Position numbers and translations under genes: made by a program. A stretch of 64,000 nt of DNA from an uncultured Bacilli bacterium (lineage in GTDB: Bacteria > Bacillota_I > Bacilli_A > RF39 > UBA660), in contig CANQQV010000007.1 of the NCBI GenBank assembly GCA_947626095.1, forward strand, positions 1-64,000. The letters run 5' to 3'. This document shows positions 39,981 to 50,048 of this stretch, piece after piece (position 1 is the stretch's first letter; each line of letters starts with the position of its first letter). Below the pieces are notes generated by a model. It made no database searches. It was not told the origin of the DNA and was given only the letters and a program-made list of their open reading frames with translations.

Positions 39981-42900
39981 CTATTTAAATGCCAATCTAT
40001 AATATTGTGTACTTTCAACAGGTTCCCATATGTTCTTAGCGGTTCCTGTTTCAATATAATCTATCCAACGACAGTTACCTGAAGCAATTTTGTTCTTCAA
40101 TTCTTCCTTAGCAGAATCTGAATTAGAAGAAACTATTTCACAAACATTATTTTCACTTCTCATATTACTTAAATTATTTGTTCCAGCAGAAGCACCTGTT
40201 GAACTAAATAAGTCATTAAAGTTCTCTAAGAAATTACTTCCATAATGACCAAAGTTAGCAATGTAATTGTTCATATCATCTTCTTGATCACTAGTTGCAA
40301 ACCAAGAACAACTTGAAGGATCATCACAAGAACCTAATGGTTGAATAGAAGCACGACCATAAATAGTCAAGTTATCGAAATTAACTTCATAACCATATCT
40401 ATCATTATAATCTCTTATAGCAGCTAAAGTTGTAGGTCTAAGTTCAAATGAATACTCTGGAGTAGTACCACCATCATTCAAATAAACTTTTTCACCTTGT
40501 TCTTCAATTTCCTTCAAGGCAACTTCACCTTTATTAGTAATTAACTTATTACCGCCATAATAGAATACACCCCTATTAGTCCAGTTATTTCCAAGTTCTC
40601 TATCTGTAGGACTATTCAAGTCAGATAACGCTACAGTAGTTGTATATAGTCCAAGTGTACCTCTAGCTTTATCATACTCAGTTTCCCTATTGAAATCATA
40701 ATCAAATCCAACAGAACTTGCAAACTCTTGCGCAGTTGTCTCAGTTTCAGAAGTATAAGTAACAATTGGATCACCACAACATAAGCAAATATCTTCAACT
40801 ACCTCATAGAAACACGTTCGTTTATTTTGTGGAATCAATGCCTCTGCATCACCCATGACTCGACCGAGCTGTCCATCACTATAACTACCAATTTGTGTAA
40901 ACTGATAAGTATATCTATATAAGTTTCGTGCCGTAGTCATACTTACTGGGAAGATATTTAAATTACCTTCAATATCTCTATCATCACCAGTCATCGTACC
41001 ACTGAATACCGACCAACCTTTTTTAGCCTTATCGGAGCGATCAGTATAACTAGGTCCGCCTTCACGTTTAGCAGCATTATCCCATGCATCCTCTAAATCA
41101 TCACCATGTTCACGCGTATCATTTGGTCCAGTATACCAAATACCTTTATTTCGATAGAAACTACTATTAGTAATCGAAGCTTTAATATAATGAGCTTTAA
41201 AATAAGAAACATTAAAGCTATAACATTTTCCACCTTCCCATCGTGGAACACGCTCAGAAATTTGGAAAGTATAAGCATCACCATTCTTATTATATCCAGT
41301 TCCAGTACCAGCAATTTCTCGACCAATAGAACATAAAGTTATAAGTTTAGTTACTACATGTTCTGAACCAGCATTATTTTTGATAGAAAGTGGCTTATTA
41401 TCTTTATAAAATTCAGTACCTTCACCATACTTTTTGATTAAATCATCATCCATCCAAGGTCCATCTTCAGGGTCATAATAAGCAAATTCAAGATAGTTTC
41501 TTGCCAGTTTAACTGGTGTATCAGGTGTTTCTTCACAAGCTTCTTCACCAACCGCCAGTTCACAAGGATCTGTAAATCCAACATAAGCATCTACCATCTT
41601 ATTTGTACTCTTATTAAATCCTTCAGTAATACCCTCTTTTAAGAAGAATTTATCATTTAACTGATCATATTGAATTAAAATATTATCATCTTGCAATATA
41701 GTCATATAAAGTTTTTCATCATAATCATAAGAAACAAAAGGTTCAAACATTGTTAAGATTTGCATGAATGTCTTTGTACCAGTAAATGATGATTTATCAG
41801 TACTAGCTGGATTATTCGCTTTACCATTAGCATCATCGGTAGCATTATTTAATTCAAAGTGTTGACAATTCCAGAATTGTTCATACTTATTATTAATTAT
41901 GTTCGCCGCACTAGTCATCTTCTGATAAGCAGGGCTCATTATAGCTTCACTTGCTGCTTTCATTTTATCAGAAAGATTCGTAAATGCAGTTTGCTTATTG
42001 GTATCAGTATTACCAAGATAACATCCATCAGCAGAAGTTGTTGGATTTTCCCCAGCTGTTTGACCATCATAACCAGCAGAAGTAGGTTTTGATGTAAATG
42101 TACAAGCAGTTCCAGATACCTTATCTTGCGAATAATCAGGTTTAGTAGGCGTTTTAACTGGATCGGAAGTAACATTATCAGTTACAGTGTAATTATTGTA
42201 TGATCCTTGTCTTTCATCTCCATCACCTTGGAACTTCATATTCAATGATAATTCATAATGGCCATATCGAGTTGTATCGTTATTATCAGATCTTATATTT
42301 TGAAGCGTACATTCCCAGTCACTATCTTCAGATTCATCTTCCTCTGTATCTTCATCATCTTCAACTTCATTATAAGTCCATTGTAAACATCCTGAATCAG
42401 GAACAAACACTAATTTATCAGATGTATAATCTTGATCATCTATATCCGTATAAGCATGCGAAGCATTACTATATGTATTATAGTTATTAACCATTATTTT
42501 AGACTGTTCAACCAAATCTCTCATAAATAAGTCATAATCAAGATACGTAGTATAACATGTACGACCACCTTGAATAAATAAATTATTATTAGCATTTTGG
42601 AAGAATTTACCAGCTAAAACAGCATTTTTACCAACGAAGTTACCAAATGCTTCCATTGTAATTACCCAGTCTTCACGACATGATACTTGACAATATTCAT
42701 TACCTTGATAAGATGCAACCATTATCGAATTACCACGATCATCTTCTTTTTGATATACTGAAAGATCTCTCTCTGCATCTACATCAGCTGCATAATTATC
42801 TTTAACATTAACAACACAAGTACCTATTGCTTCCGTGTACTTCTCCTCTGTACCAGTATAATAAGCACCTTCCTTTACCTCATATAAATCAGGTGAGCCA

Positions 42901-45833
42901 GCATAATCAGCTCTATAGCTACATACACTAGACATTGTTGAAACAGAGCAATCTCCATTACAAACGTTTTTCATAACATATTGATATGAAACCTCGTCTA
43001 AAACATTACTACAGCATCCAGATGCTTTAAACAATGATTTATTGAATGATGATGGGCAATGATCTTCATCAGTACATTGTGTATAATCTAAACTTTCAAG
43101 TTTAGAACATATTGAAGGTCCACCATCTATATTAAAGTAAATAAATGTTGAATCACTATTTAAATCAAAGACAAGCATTCTTTGCTTAGAAGCACTACCA
43201 GCATATGGATTTCCTATACGTATACTTGAATAGTCAATACCACCTTCATACTTAATTTCTAAAGCATATTGTTCTTCTTCTTGTCTATTTTTAGGTAATG
43301 TAACAGCTTTAGCATCAGTAACTTCTATTTTTACTTCATAATCATATACTTCTTGTAATGGATCGGTTGTAGATTTATCGGTATTTTTTTCCATCTTAAC
43401 TAAAGTACCTTTAACTCCTTGAACAACACCAGTATCATCGTCAGGATGTGGAAGATATTGATAATTAGAAGTATTACCCATAGTTAATCGTGTATTGACA
43501 GGCAATGTCATAGTTCCTTTGTAAACAATCGTATAACTATTTCCATCATCACCAAAAGTTATATCTTTACTATCAATTGTTCTTTGGAAGGCACCACCTT
43601 CTTCAAATTTATAATTTTTGTATTTAATAAACATTTCAATTAAATAAGTACGAGCCTGTGGACTTTCAGTAACACCAAATGCATCAACAGCTGAAGTTAT
43701 AGCGCTTTTAAATTCACTATTGTCTTCAAGCATATTGCCATTAGCATCTTGGTAAGCAGGATTTTCATAAATTTCCTTTAGTTTTTGGGCTAATTCTTCA
43801 TAAGATAGATAGTGTTCATAATAAGCTTGATCACTATATTCTGTAACACCACTATATCCATTTATTAAAACAACAGTACGAATAGCAACGTGTGCTGCTA
43901 ATCTAACTGGATCAGTAACAGTGTCAAAATCAGCCTTACTAGAATGCTTATTAATATAGTCAATAATTACACCAATCATTTTACCTAAGTCAGAATCTTG
44001 ATTAACATGTTCAGTTATATCATATTTATCGTCAGAAGGCCCCACACGACCAGGATCCATACATAAAGCAAAATACTTAATGCTTTCATTATCAACACAT
44101 CTAGCAATATAGTTATTACTATTTAAGTCATCATTAATTCCAGTTCTAACAGTATGACCTTCTGAATCTGTTTGTGCTTTTATTTTAACTACATCACACA
44201 TTTTATGTTCAAAGTCATTCAAGGCATAAGAGTTGTTTTCACCAGAAACGATATTTGCATCAACATCAATTACAAATGAACCGTCACCAGCTTCAGAATT
44301 AACTCCAATATCTCGTACTTCAAATTTATAAACAAGATTTCTGGTTTCACCATCTTCTTGAACTGTAACATTAACATCAATATATTCACCAGAACCAGTA
44401 GGTGAATTACCAGCAACAAAACATTGGTTATTTATGAAACTAGCATCTAAGTTAGTAGCCGTTCCACTCTTAGCACAACCAACCATTCCTGGAACAGATA
44501 AGTAAGTATGCTGACCAACATAAACTGATTTATATCTATCTCTTTCTCTTACAGTTCTTTTATATTGTGCTGCATAATACGCACCTTCAGTCACCGAGAC
44601 TGGTCTACCTGGTTCAAGAAGCTCTCCAGAACCATTTTTTAACCAACCAAGGAATTCAGTATCTTGACCAAGTACAGTACTATTGTTTACAACATTTGGT
44701 AAAGTAAATGTACTTCCTGTACCTCTACAGAAATATTCACCATTATCAGTTTGCGTACATTGACTTGTATCAGATAATTCAAAAGGTGTATTAATATTTG
44801 TTAATCTAACACCATCAGAATATACATAACAAGCTACATATATACCACTATCAGGTGCAACAGAAGCGCCAGGAGCAACAACCGTTTTTCCACCTTCTGC
44901 ACATTCACCTACATGCTGATAAGCAGGATCGTTTCTATTTCTTCCATCAGGAACCTTTGTCCAACCTCTAAATTCTATAGGTAAAGGTGAAGAATTCGGA
45001 GAACAGCTAGGTAACGTAACATTTCCACTTGTTACACTTACATAATAGTTGTGAGTACTACCAAACGATACAGCTCGCCAATTCGAATCAAAACTACAAG
45101 TACCATAACCACCTGGATAAGCATTAACACCACCTGTATAACTTATTTGAAAATCTAATGTTACTGATTTTTCATCAATACCATCAGCAGTAAATACAGC
45201 TTGAGTTTGAGCCGTAAAATTTTGGCCTTGATTTAATGCTGCATCTGTAGGTGTGACAACACAAACAGTATCACCAGGGCACCCACTCCAATCAACATAT
45301 CTTTCACTATTAGAATCTTTAGTTAAAGACTTAATTCTTACATTTCTTACATTAAATCTAACTGCTATTAAATTAGCAATATTTTGACTAGGTTTATTGA
45401 CCACTTCACCATTTATACTACCATTAAGTGGTACAGTTATTCTAGTAGGATCATTTGGTTCATAATGATAATGATAAGTACGATGACTACCTTCATGTTC
45501 ATAAGCAGGATTAGTTCTTTCACCACTCCAAGAACATGTTACATAATCATCAATAACAACTCCAGAAGGCTCAATAAGATTCCTAATTACAAAAGCATAA
45601 TACGATTCTCCACCAACCGTATAATTTTCTCTTTGTATTACTAATGCCTTCAATCGTCCATCCGGAACTAAATCTGGATCTGGAACACATTCAAGGTCTA
45701 TATATCTTTCAGAGCTTAATTTTACACCACTGCCATTAAATGAAAAATCATCTGTGGCCATAGCTGGACCAATAGCTACTACAAAAGAAATTATTATAAA
45801 TAGGATATATTTTCTAATATTACTAATCTTCAT
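39981..45833 (-). CDS. Giant Cys-rich secreted protein, putative adhesin
   Basis: 1950 aa, signal peptide, two InlB-B/Flg_new-like repeats (TLP...EF.GW), many Cys, no C-terminal anchor. Confidence 0.75.
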   Translation of the reverse strand: MKISNIRKYILFIIISFVVAIGPAMATDDFSFNGSGVKLSSERYIDLECVPDPDLVPDGRLKALVIQRENYTVGGESYYAFVIRNLIEPSGVVIDDYVTCSWSGERTNPAYEHEGSHRTYHYHYEPNDPTRITVPLNGSINGEVVNKPSQNIANLIAVRFNVRNVRIKSLTKDSNSERYVDWSGCPGDTVCVVTPTDAALNQGQNFTAQTQAVFTADGIDEKSVTLDFQISYTGGVNAYPGGYGTCSFDSNWRAVSFGSTHNYYVSVTSGNVTLPSCSPNSSPLPIEFRGWTKVPDGRNRNDPAYQHVGECAEGGKTVVAPGASVAPDSGIYVACYVYSDGVRLTNINTPFELSDTSQCTQTDNGEYFCRGTGSTFTLPNVVNNSTVLGQDTEFLGWLKNGSGELLEPGRPVSVTEGAYYAAQYKRTVRERDRYKSVYVGQHTYLSVPGMVGCAKSGTATNLDASFINNQCFVAGNSPTGSGEYIDVNVTVQEDGETRNLVYKFEVRDIGVNSEAGDGSFVIDVDANIVSGENNSYALNDFEHKMCDVVKIKAQTDSEGHTVRTGINDDLNSNNYIARCVDNESIKYFALCMDPGRVGPSDDKYDITEHVNQDSDLGKMIGVIIDYINKHSSKADFDTVTDPVRLAAHVAIRTVVLINGYSGVTEYSDQAYYEHYLSYEELAQKLKEIYENPAYQDANGNMLEDNSEFKSAITSAVDAFGVTESPQARTYLIEMFIKYKNYKFEEGGAFQRTIDSKDITFGDDGNSYTIVYKGTMTLPVNTRLTMGNTSNYQYLPHPDDDTGVVQGVKGTLVKMEKNTDKSTTDPLQEVYDYEVKIEVTDAKAVTLPKNRQEEEQYALEIKYEGGIDYSSIRIGNPYAGSASKQRMLVFDLNSDSTFIYFNIDGGPSICSKLESLDYTQCTDEDHCPSSFNKSLFKASGCCSNVLDEVSYQYVMKNVCNGDCSVSTMSSVCSYRADYAGSPDLYEVKEGAYYTGTEEKYTEAIGTCVVNVKDNYAADVDAERDLSVYQKEDDRGNSIMVASYQGNEYCQVSCREDWVITMEAFGNFVGKNAVLAGKFFQNANNNLFIQGGRTCYTTYLDYDLFMRDLVEQSKIMVNNYNTYSNASHAYTDIDDQDYTSDKLVFVPDSGCLQWTYNEVEDDEDTEEDESEDSDWECTLQNIRSDNNDTTRYGHYELSLNMKFQGDGDERQGSYNNYTVTDNVTSDPVKTPTKPDYSQDKVSGTACTFTSKPTSAGYDGQTAGENPTTSADGCYLGNTDTNKQTAFTNLSDKMKAASEAIMSPAYQKMTSAANIINNKYEQFWNCQHFELNNATDDANGKANNPASTDKSSFTGTKTFMQILTMFEPFVSYDYDEKLYMTILQDDNILIQYDQLNDKFFLKEGITEGFNKSTNKMVDAYVGFTDPCELAVGEEACEETPDTPVKLARNYLEFAYYDPEDGPWMDDDLIKKYGEGTEFYKDNKPLSIKNNAGSEHVVTKLITLCSIGREIAGTGTGYNKNGDAYTFQISERVPRWEGGKCYSFNVSYFKAHYIKASITNSSFYRNKGIWYTGPNDTREHGDDLEDAWDNAAKREGGPSYTDRSDKAKKGWSVFSGTMTGDDRDIEGNLNIFPVSMTTARNLYRYTYQFTQIGSYSDGQLGRVMGDAEALIPQNKRTCFYEVVEDICLCCGDPIVTYTSETETTAQEFASSVGFDYDFNRETEYDKARGTLGLYTTTVALSDLNSPTDRELGNNWTNRGVFYYGGNKLITNKGEVALKEIEEQGEKVYLNDGGTTPEYSFELRPTTLAAIRDYNDRYGYEVNFDNLTIYGRASIQPLGSCDDPSSCSWFATSDQEDDMNNYIANFGHYGSNFLENFNDLFSSTGASAGTNNLSNMRSENNVCEIVSSNSDSAKEELKNKIASGNCRWIDYIETGTAKNIWEPVESTQYYRLAFK

Positions 45834-46579
45834 TATAAAACACTCTTCTTTCTTTTAACTATTATCACAGTTATAACAACCCCGATTGCTACTATAATAC
45901 CAACAATCAAAAATCTATATTTAGATATACTACTAACTACTTTATTAACGTTGTTCTCGGTTTTATTTTTGTTAGCTTCATCAATATTTCCATTAGCTAG
46001 TTGCTCTTTATAATCATTTATCCTATCATATACCGTTGCACTATCTATTGAATAACTTGTATATTGCGTACATAGATAATAATCAGGAACATCCGAACAT
46101 ATATCCAATTCAGAATATATATTAAATTTAGGAACTGTTAACTTCGTTGTCCTTAACGTCCTACCAGCACATGCTCCATACAATGAATATATTTCAAACT
46201 GATAATCTACATTAGCATTTAAAGCCTCTTGCTTTAATGAAATTATTCCATCTTGATTAACATGTGTAGGGCCAAATACTTGAGGGTTTCCGCTTATTCC
46301 TTTACCCTGAGGAATAACTCTAACAGCCATCCTATCATTGATATTAAATATTTGGAGATATACATAATGTTTTTTCAAACTTGCGGCTCCAATTTCTGGA
46401 TCCTCATCAACAGTAACTACTTCATCTCCCGTTACGTAAGTTACCTTAACGTTCGCTGCTTCACTTCTTAATTCACTTAGAAGTGTACTAGCACAAACGC
46501 CATCTTCCTCTGCTTGTACTTTAACTGTGACAAATAAAGCACATGCAGTCATTAATACAATTAAAAATTTTTTCATCAT
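45833..46579 (-). CDS. Secreted, C-terminally anchored membrane protein; first gene of the Tad operon
   Basis: Signal peptide, four Cys, C-terminal TM helix plus KRKK. TAATG overlap with the giant gene. Confidence 0.75.
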   Translation of the reverse strand: MMKKFLIVLMTACALFVTVKVQAEEDGVCASTLLSELRSEAANVKVTYVTGDEVVTVDEDPEIGAASLKKHYVYLQIFNINDRMAVRVIPQGKGISGNPQVFGPTHVNQDGIISLKQEALNANVDYQFEIYSLYGACAGRTLRTTKLTVPKFNIYSELDICSDVPDYYLCTQYTSYSIDSATVYDRINDYKEQLANGNIDEANKNKTENNVNKVVSSISKYRFLIVGIIVAIGVVITVIIVKRKKSVL

Positions 46580-46607
46580 AAAGCACCAACCTTATTTTCT
46601 AAATATA

Positions 46608-46636
46608 ATTTTACCATTAACAATTTAAAATAACAA
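46608..46636 (-). promoter_or_regulatory. Putative sigma-A promoter of the Tad operon
   Basis: TTGTTA (46631-46636), 17 nt spacer, extended TGgTAAAAT. Confidence 0.5.
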
Positions 46637-46688
46637 TATTAAATTGAAGAATAATGATGATTATGATATATTATTAATGGTGATTTTA

Positions 46689-47141
46689 ATGAAGAAAAAA
46701 GTTTTAAAAATAGCAGGATTCCTTATAGTAATAGGAGCTATTATAGGTATTCTATATGCTAGTATTGTTTTAAAAGGTCAAGAAAATGATTTAGATAAAC
46801 ATTTAGTTGAATTAACCTTCAGTGAAGTTCAAGAAAAAATTAATAATAAGGAATCATTTATTCTTTTATTTTCCAAGACCGATTGCTCACATTGTGCAGC
46901 ATTCAAGCCTCCATTTAAACAGGTTTTAGCTAAATATGATATAACTGCCTATGAATTAAAAGTTGATTTACTATCAAAAGATGAGAAAAAAGAATTATCA
47001 ACTATTGCTAACTTTTCTGGTACTCCTACTACAATCTTTATTGTTGATGGCGAAGAAAAAAGTACTTCAACTCGTTTAATTGGCGAATCAAACGAAGAAA
47101 AGATAGAATCAAGATTAAGAGCATTAGGATACATTAAATAA
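46689..47141 (+). CDS. Membrane-anchored thioredoxin-family protein
   Basis: N-terminal TM helix, CSHC active site, GTPT cis-Pro loop. Confidence 0.85.
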   Translation: MKKKVLKIAGFLIVIGAIIGILYASIVLKGQENDLDKHLVELTFSEVQEKINNKESFILLFSKTDCSHCAAFKPPFKQVLAKYDITAYELKVDLLSKDEKKELSTIANFSGTPTTIFIVDGEEKSTSTRLIGESNEEKIESRLRALGYIK

Positions 47142-47161
47142 AAGAATAAAAGGTGATTAAT

Positions 47162-47860
47162 ATGAAAAAGTTACAAATTAATCCAAAAGAACTACTAAAA
47201 AGTATAGGCATCTTATGTCTATACTTTTTATTGCAGTTTATTTTGACAATTATCTACTATTTACTTACTGAATTAAAGATTTTACCTTTTTCCGAAAGTA
47301 TTGGTAACTTCTTTATTTACATCTTCCTTGCTTCAATTATCTCTCTTACATATATCAAAACTTTAATTAAAGATTTTAAAGACTTTAAAAAGAATTATAA
47401 AACCATTTTAAAAATATCATTTAATTATTGGTTAAAAGGCCTATTTATTTCATATATTGGTAGCTTATTAATTATGATGTTTAAACTCGAAGAAGTAAAT
47501 AATCAAACAGCTGTCATCTCTATTCTTAAAGAAAACTTCTTCTTAACTTCTTTTATGACTATCATTCTTGCTCCTTTAACTGAAGAATTATTCTTTAGAA
47601 GAGGTTTAAGAAAATTTACCGAAAACAAACATCTTTATGCCTTTACTTCTGGTTTACTATTCGGTGGTATTCATATAATTTCTTCTATTAATGGTTTTAG
47701 TGACCTACCAATGTTACTTTATTTAATTCCTTATAGTTCATTAGGTGTAGCCTTTGGTTATGCTTATTATAAAACCGATAACATCTATGGCTCAATGACG
47801 ATACATGCTATCCATAATGCTATAAGTATTATTCTTATGATCTTAGGAGGTAATTTATGA
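47162..47860 (+). CDS. CPBP/CAAX (Abi) intramembrane metalloprotease
   Basis: APLTEELFFRR, FGGIH and HAIHN motifs. Confidence 0.9.
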   Translation: MKKLQINPKELLKSIGILCLYFLLQFILTIIYYLLTELKILPFSESIGNFFIYIFLASIISLTYIKTLIKDFKDFKKNYKTILKISFNYWLKGLFISYIGSLLIMMFKLEEVNNQTAVISILKENFFLTSFMTIILAPLTEELFFRRGLRKFTENKHLYAFTSGLLFGGIHIISSINGFSDLPMLLYLIPYSSLGVAFGYAYYKTDNIYGSMTIHAIHNAISIILMILGGNL

Positions 47861-48828
47861 GTGAAGATAAAGATAAACGTATGAGTAGATACGAAAAAAA
47901 AGATCAAGATAAAATCAAAGAAATTGAAACAACGAAAAAGGAAGAACAAGAAACACCTGAAGAAGAACATCACAAACTACTCGATTCTAAACCCAAAAAA
48001 GTATTCTTTGCTATTATCTTATTCCTTATTATTATATGCATTTATGCTTCTACTTTTGGTGTTTCAATAATTGATGTTAAAGAATCTAAAGTCGAATCTA
48101 ATCTATTACCTGATTCATTTCATGGTCTAAAGATTGTTCATTTTTCTGATTTACACTACGGTACTAGTATTAATAAAAAACAATTAGATCGTGTTATCAA
48201 AAAAATAAACCAAATAAATCCTGATATTATCTTCTTTACTGGTGATCTAGTTGATAAAAATATCGTTATTACTGATACTATTAAACAAGAAATAATAACT
48301 TCCTTAAACCAATTAAATAAAGACACTTATAAATACGCTATATATGGTAATGAAGACGATAATACCTATAAAGAAATAATTGAATCAACTAATTTTACGC
48401 TTTTAGATAACGAATCAACCTTATTATATTATAAAGATATAACACCAATAATGATAACTGGCTTTAATTCTAATACTAAACCCGATTATACAATCTTAAC
48501 TAATAATATTGATGACGTTGATACCTCATCATTATATAAAGTAGTCTTAATCCACGAACCAGATACCATCGATAACTTCACCGATTATAATCCTAACCTT
48601 GTCTTATCTGGTCATTCCTTAGGTGGTTTAATCAATCTACCATTAATCAAATCATTATTTCTACCAGCTAATGGAAAAAAATATTATAAAGACTATTATA
48701 ATATCAACGACATTGATTTCTATATATCTAATGGCTTAGGAACAACTGGTATTAAAGCTCGTTTAAATAATCATCCATCTATTAATTTCTATCGCTTATA
48801 TAAAACAGAAGAAGTACTAAATTCATAG
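47857..48828 (+). CDS. Calcineurin-like metallophosphoesterase (YkuE-like)
   Basis: FSDLH, FTGDLVD, GNED, HEPD, LSGHSLGG and SNGLG motifs. Confidence 0.88.
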   Translation: MSEDKDKRMSRYEKKDQDKIKEIETTKKEEQETPEEEHHKLLDSKPKKVFFAIILFLIIICIYASTFGVSIIDVKESKVESNLLPDSFHGLKIVHFSDLHYGTSINKKQLDRVIKKINQINPDIIFFTGDLVDKNIVITDTIKQEIITSLNQLNKDTYKYAIYGNEDDNTYKEIIESTNFTLLDNESTLLYYKDITPIMITGFNSNTKPDYTILTNNIDDVDTSSLYKVVLIHEPDTIDNFTDYNPNLVLSGHSLGGLINLPLIKSLFLPANGKKYYKDYYNINDIDFYISNGLGTTGIKARLNNHPSINFYRLYKTEEVLNS

Positions 48829-48836
48829 TACTTCTT

Positions 48837-49268
48837 TTATAAACATTCAACGTAAGTATCAGTTAAACATCTAAGACAACAAACACAGCCTAAATCCATT
48901 GTAAATACTGAATTAGTTGCCACAAATGGATATATACTTGTTGGATCAGGATTATCTTGTAATACTCTAAATGTACAACAATTTCCTTCAATCTTTTCTA
49001 CTCTAAAGACATTAGAACAAGTTGTTCCTCCATCACAAGTAGCTGTTGAATCTTTAGTAACTGGCATACTCCAAGGTACACTATTACTTCCACAAGTATA
49101 TATCATAACTGGTCTTGTATTACAAACTAAGCAAGATGGCCCACCACCTAACATTGGTCGATCGCAAGAATCTAAACAACTATCAACACAAGCATTTTGT
49201 TGTAAGACAAGAATAACACTTAATATTTCGGCTAAACAATTACTTTCACTATTACCATTATTACACAT
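48837..49268 (-). CDS. Spore coat/crust protein, CotY/CotZ family
   Basis: Cys-rich. C..EIL..I..LQ, NTRP..IY, FRVEKIEG.C.TFRVL and T.DL.C.C motifs. Confidence 0.85.
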   Translation of the reverse strand: MCNNGNSESNCLAEILSVILVLQQNACVDSCLDSCDRPMLGGGPSCLVCNTRPVMIYTCGSNSVPWSMPVTKDSTATCDGGTTCSNVFRVEKIEGNCCTFRVLQDNPDPTSIYPFVATNSVFTMDLGCVCCLRCLTDTYVECL

Positions 49269-49390
49269 ATATCTCACCCTTTCATATATCTCACTATTAA
49301 TTTATGTTTGTTTTAAAAAATAGTGCTAATTTGTAAATACTTTTATTTTTTAAAAAGATATAGTATAATAAACTAACAGGTGATAAAAAA

Positions 49391-49708
49391 ATGGAATGGA
49401 TACAATATGTCATAATATTAATAGCATTAATAATTATAACCTTAGTTATTATTAAATTGAAAAGTAAAGACTTTTCTTCAGAAGTAAATAAATTAATTAA
49501 ATATTTAGGTGGTAAAGATAATATTATCAATGCTGAATGCAATATGTCACGTTTTAAAGTTATCTTAAAAGATACTTCGATAGTTGATAAAGATTCTATT
49601 CAAAAACTAGGTGCTAAAGGTATCGTTGAAATCGATAATCAATTAAAGATTATCTTTGGTCGTGACGCCAAGCAACTAAAAGAATATATTAAAGACATTA
49701 TAAAATAA
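49391..49708 (+). CDS. Stand-alone PTS EIIB-like domain with an N-terminal TM helix
   Basis: LGGKDNII.AECNMSRFKV.LKD...V...LGAKG...L.IIFG. Confidence 0.75.
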   Translation: MEWIQYVIILIALIIITLVIIKLKSKDFSSEVNKLIKYLGGKDNIINAECNMSRFKVILKDTSIVDKDSIQKLGAKGIVEIDNQLKIIFGRDAKQLKEYIKDIIK

Positions 49709-49717
49709 CCAATATGG

Positions 49718-49993
49718 TTATTTTTTTATTTCATAATCTATAATATCTTTAAAATAGATCTTTTCATTCCTTATATTAACAAAATAGTCATCCTTACATA
49801 AAACTAACTTTTCATCTTTCTTTCCATCTTTAGTATCGATAATTACATGTAATCTATTAACATAACCTCTATTATCAAATTCTTTCTTTAACTCACTAAT
49901 ATCTTTAGCTTTTCTTTCATTATAAACATACTCCGTATTATTCTTTATTTCTTTATCAATCTTATTAGCATAAACACTAGGTAATTTCATCAT
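49718..49993 (-). CDS. Hypothetical protein, probably sporulation-regulated
   Basis: SD AGGAGG before ATG 49993, with a CATATACT box upstream. Confidence 0.65.
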   Translation of the reverse strand: MMKLPSVYANKIDKEIKNNTEYVYNERKAKDISELKKEFDNRGYVNRLHVIIDTKDGKKDEKLVLCKDDYFVNIRNEKIYFKDIIDYEIKK

Positions 49994-50048
49994 ATTCCTC
50001 CTAACTAAGTATATGTATAAAACTAATATTTTTGCCAAATATATTAAT

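Noticed and set aside
46689-47860. Thioredoxin plus CAAX protease as a bacteriocin cluster
   Set aside because: No precursor peptide, peptidase-containing ABC exporter or regulator is adjacent.
47857-48828. GNED instead of GNHD in the metallophosphoesterase
   Set aside because: The other metal ligands are largely retained and such variants are common, so it is too weak to call a finding.
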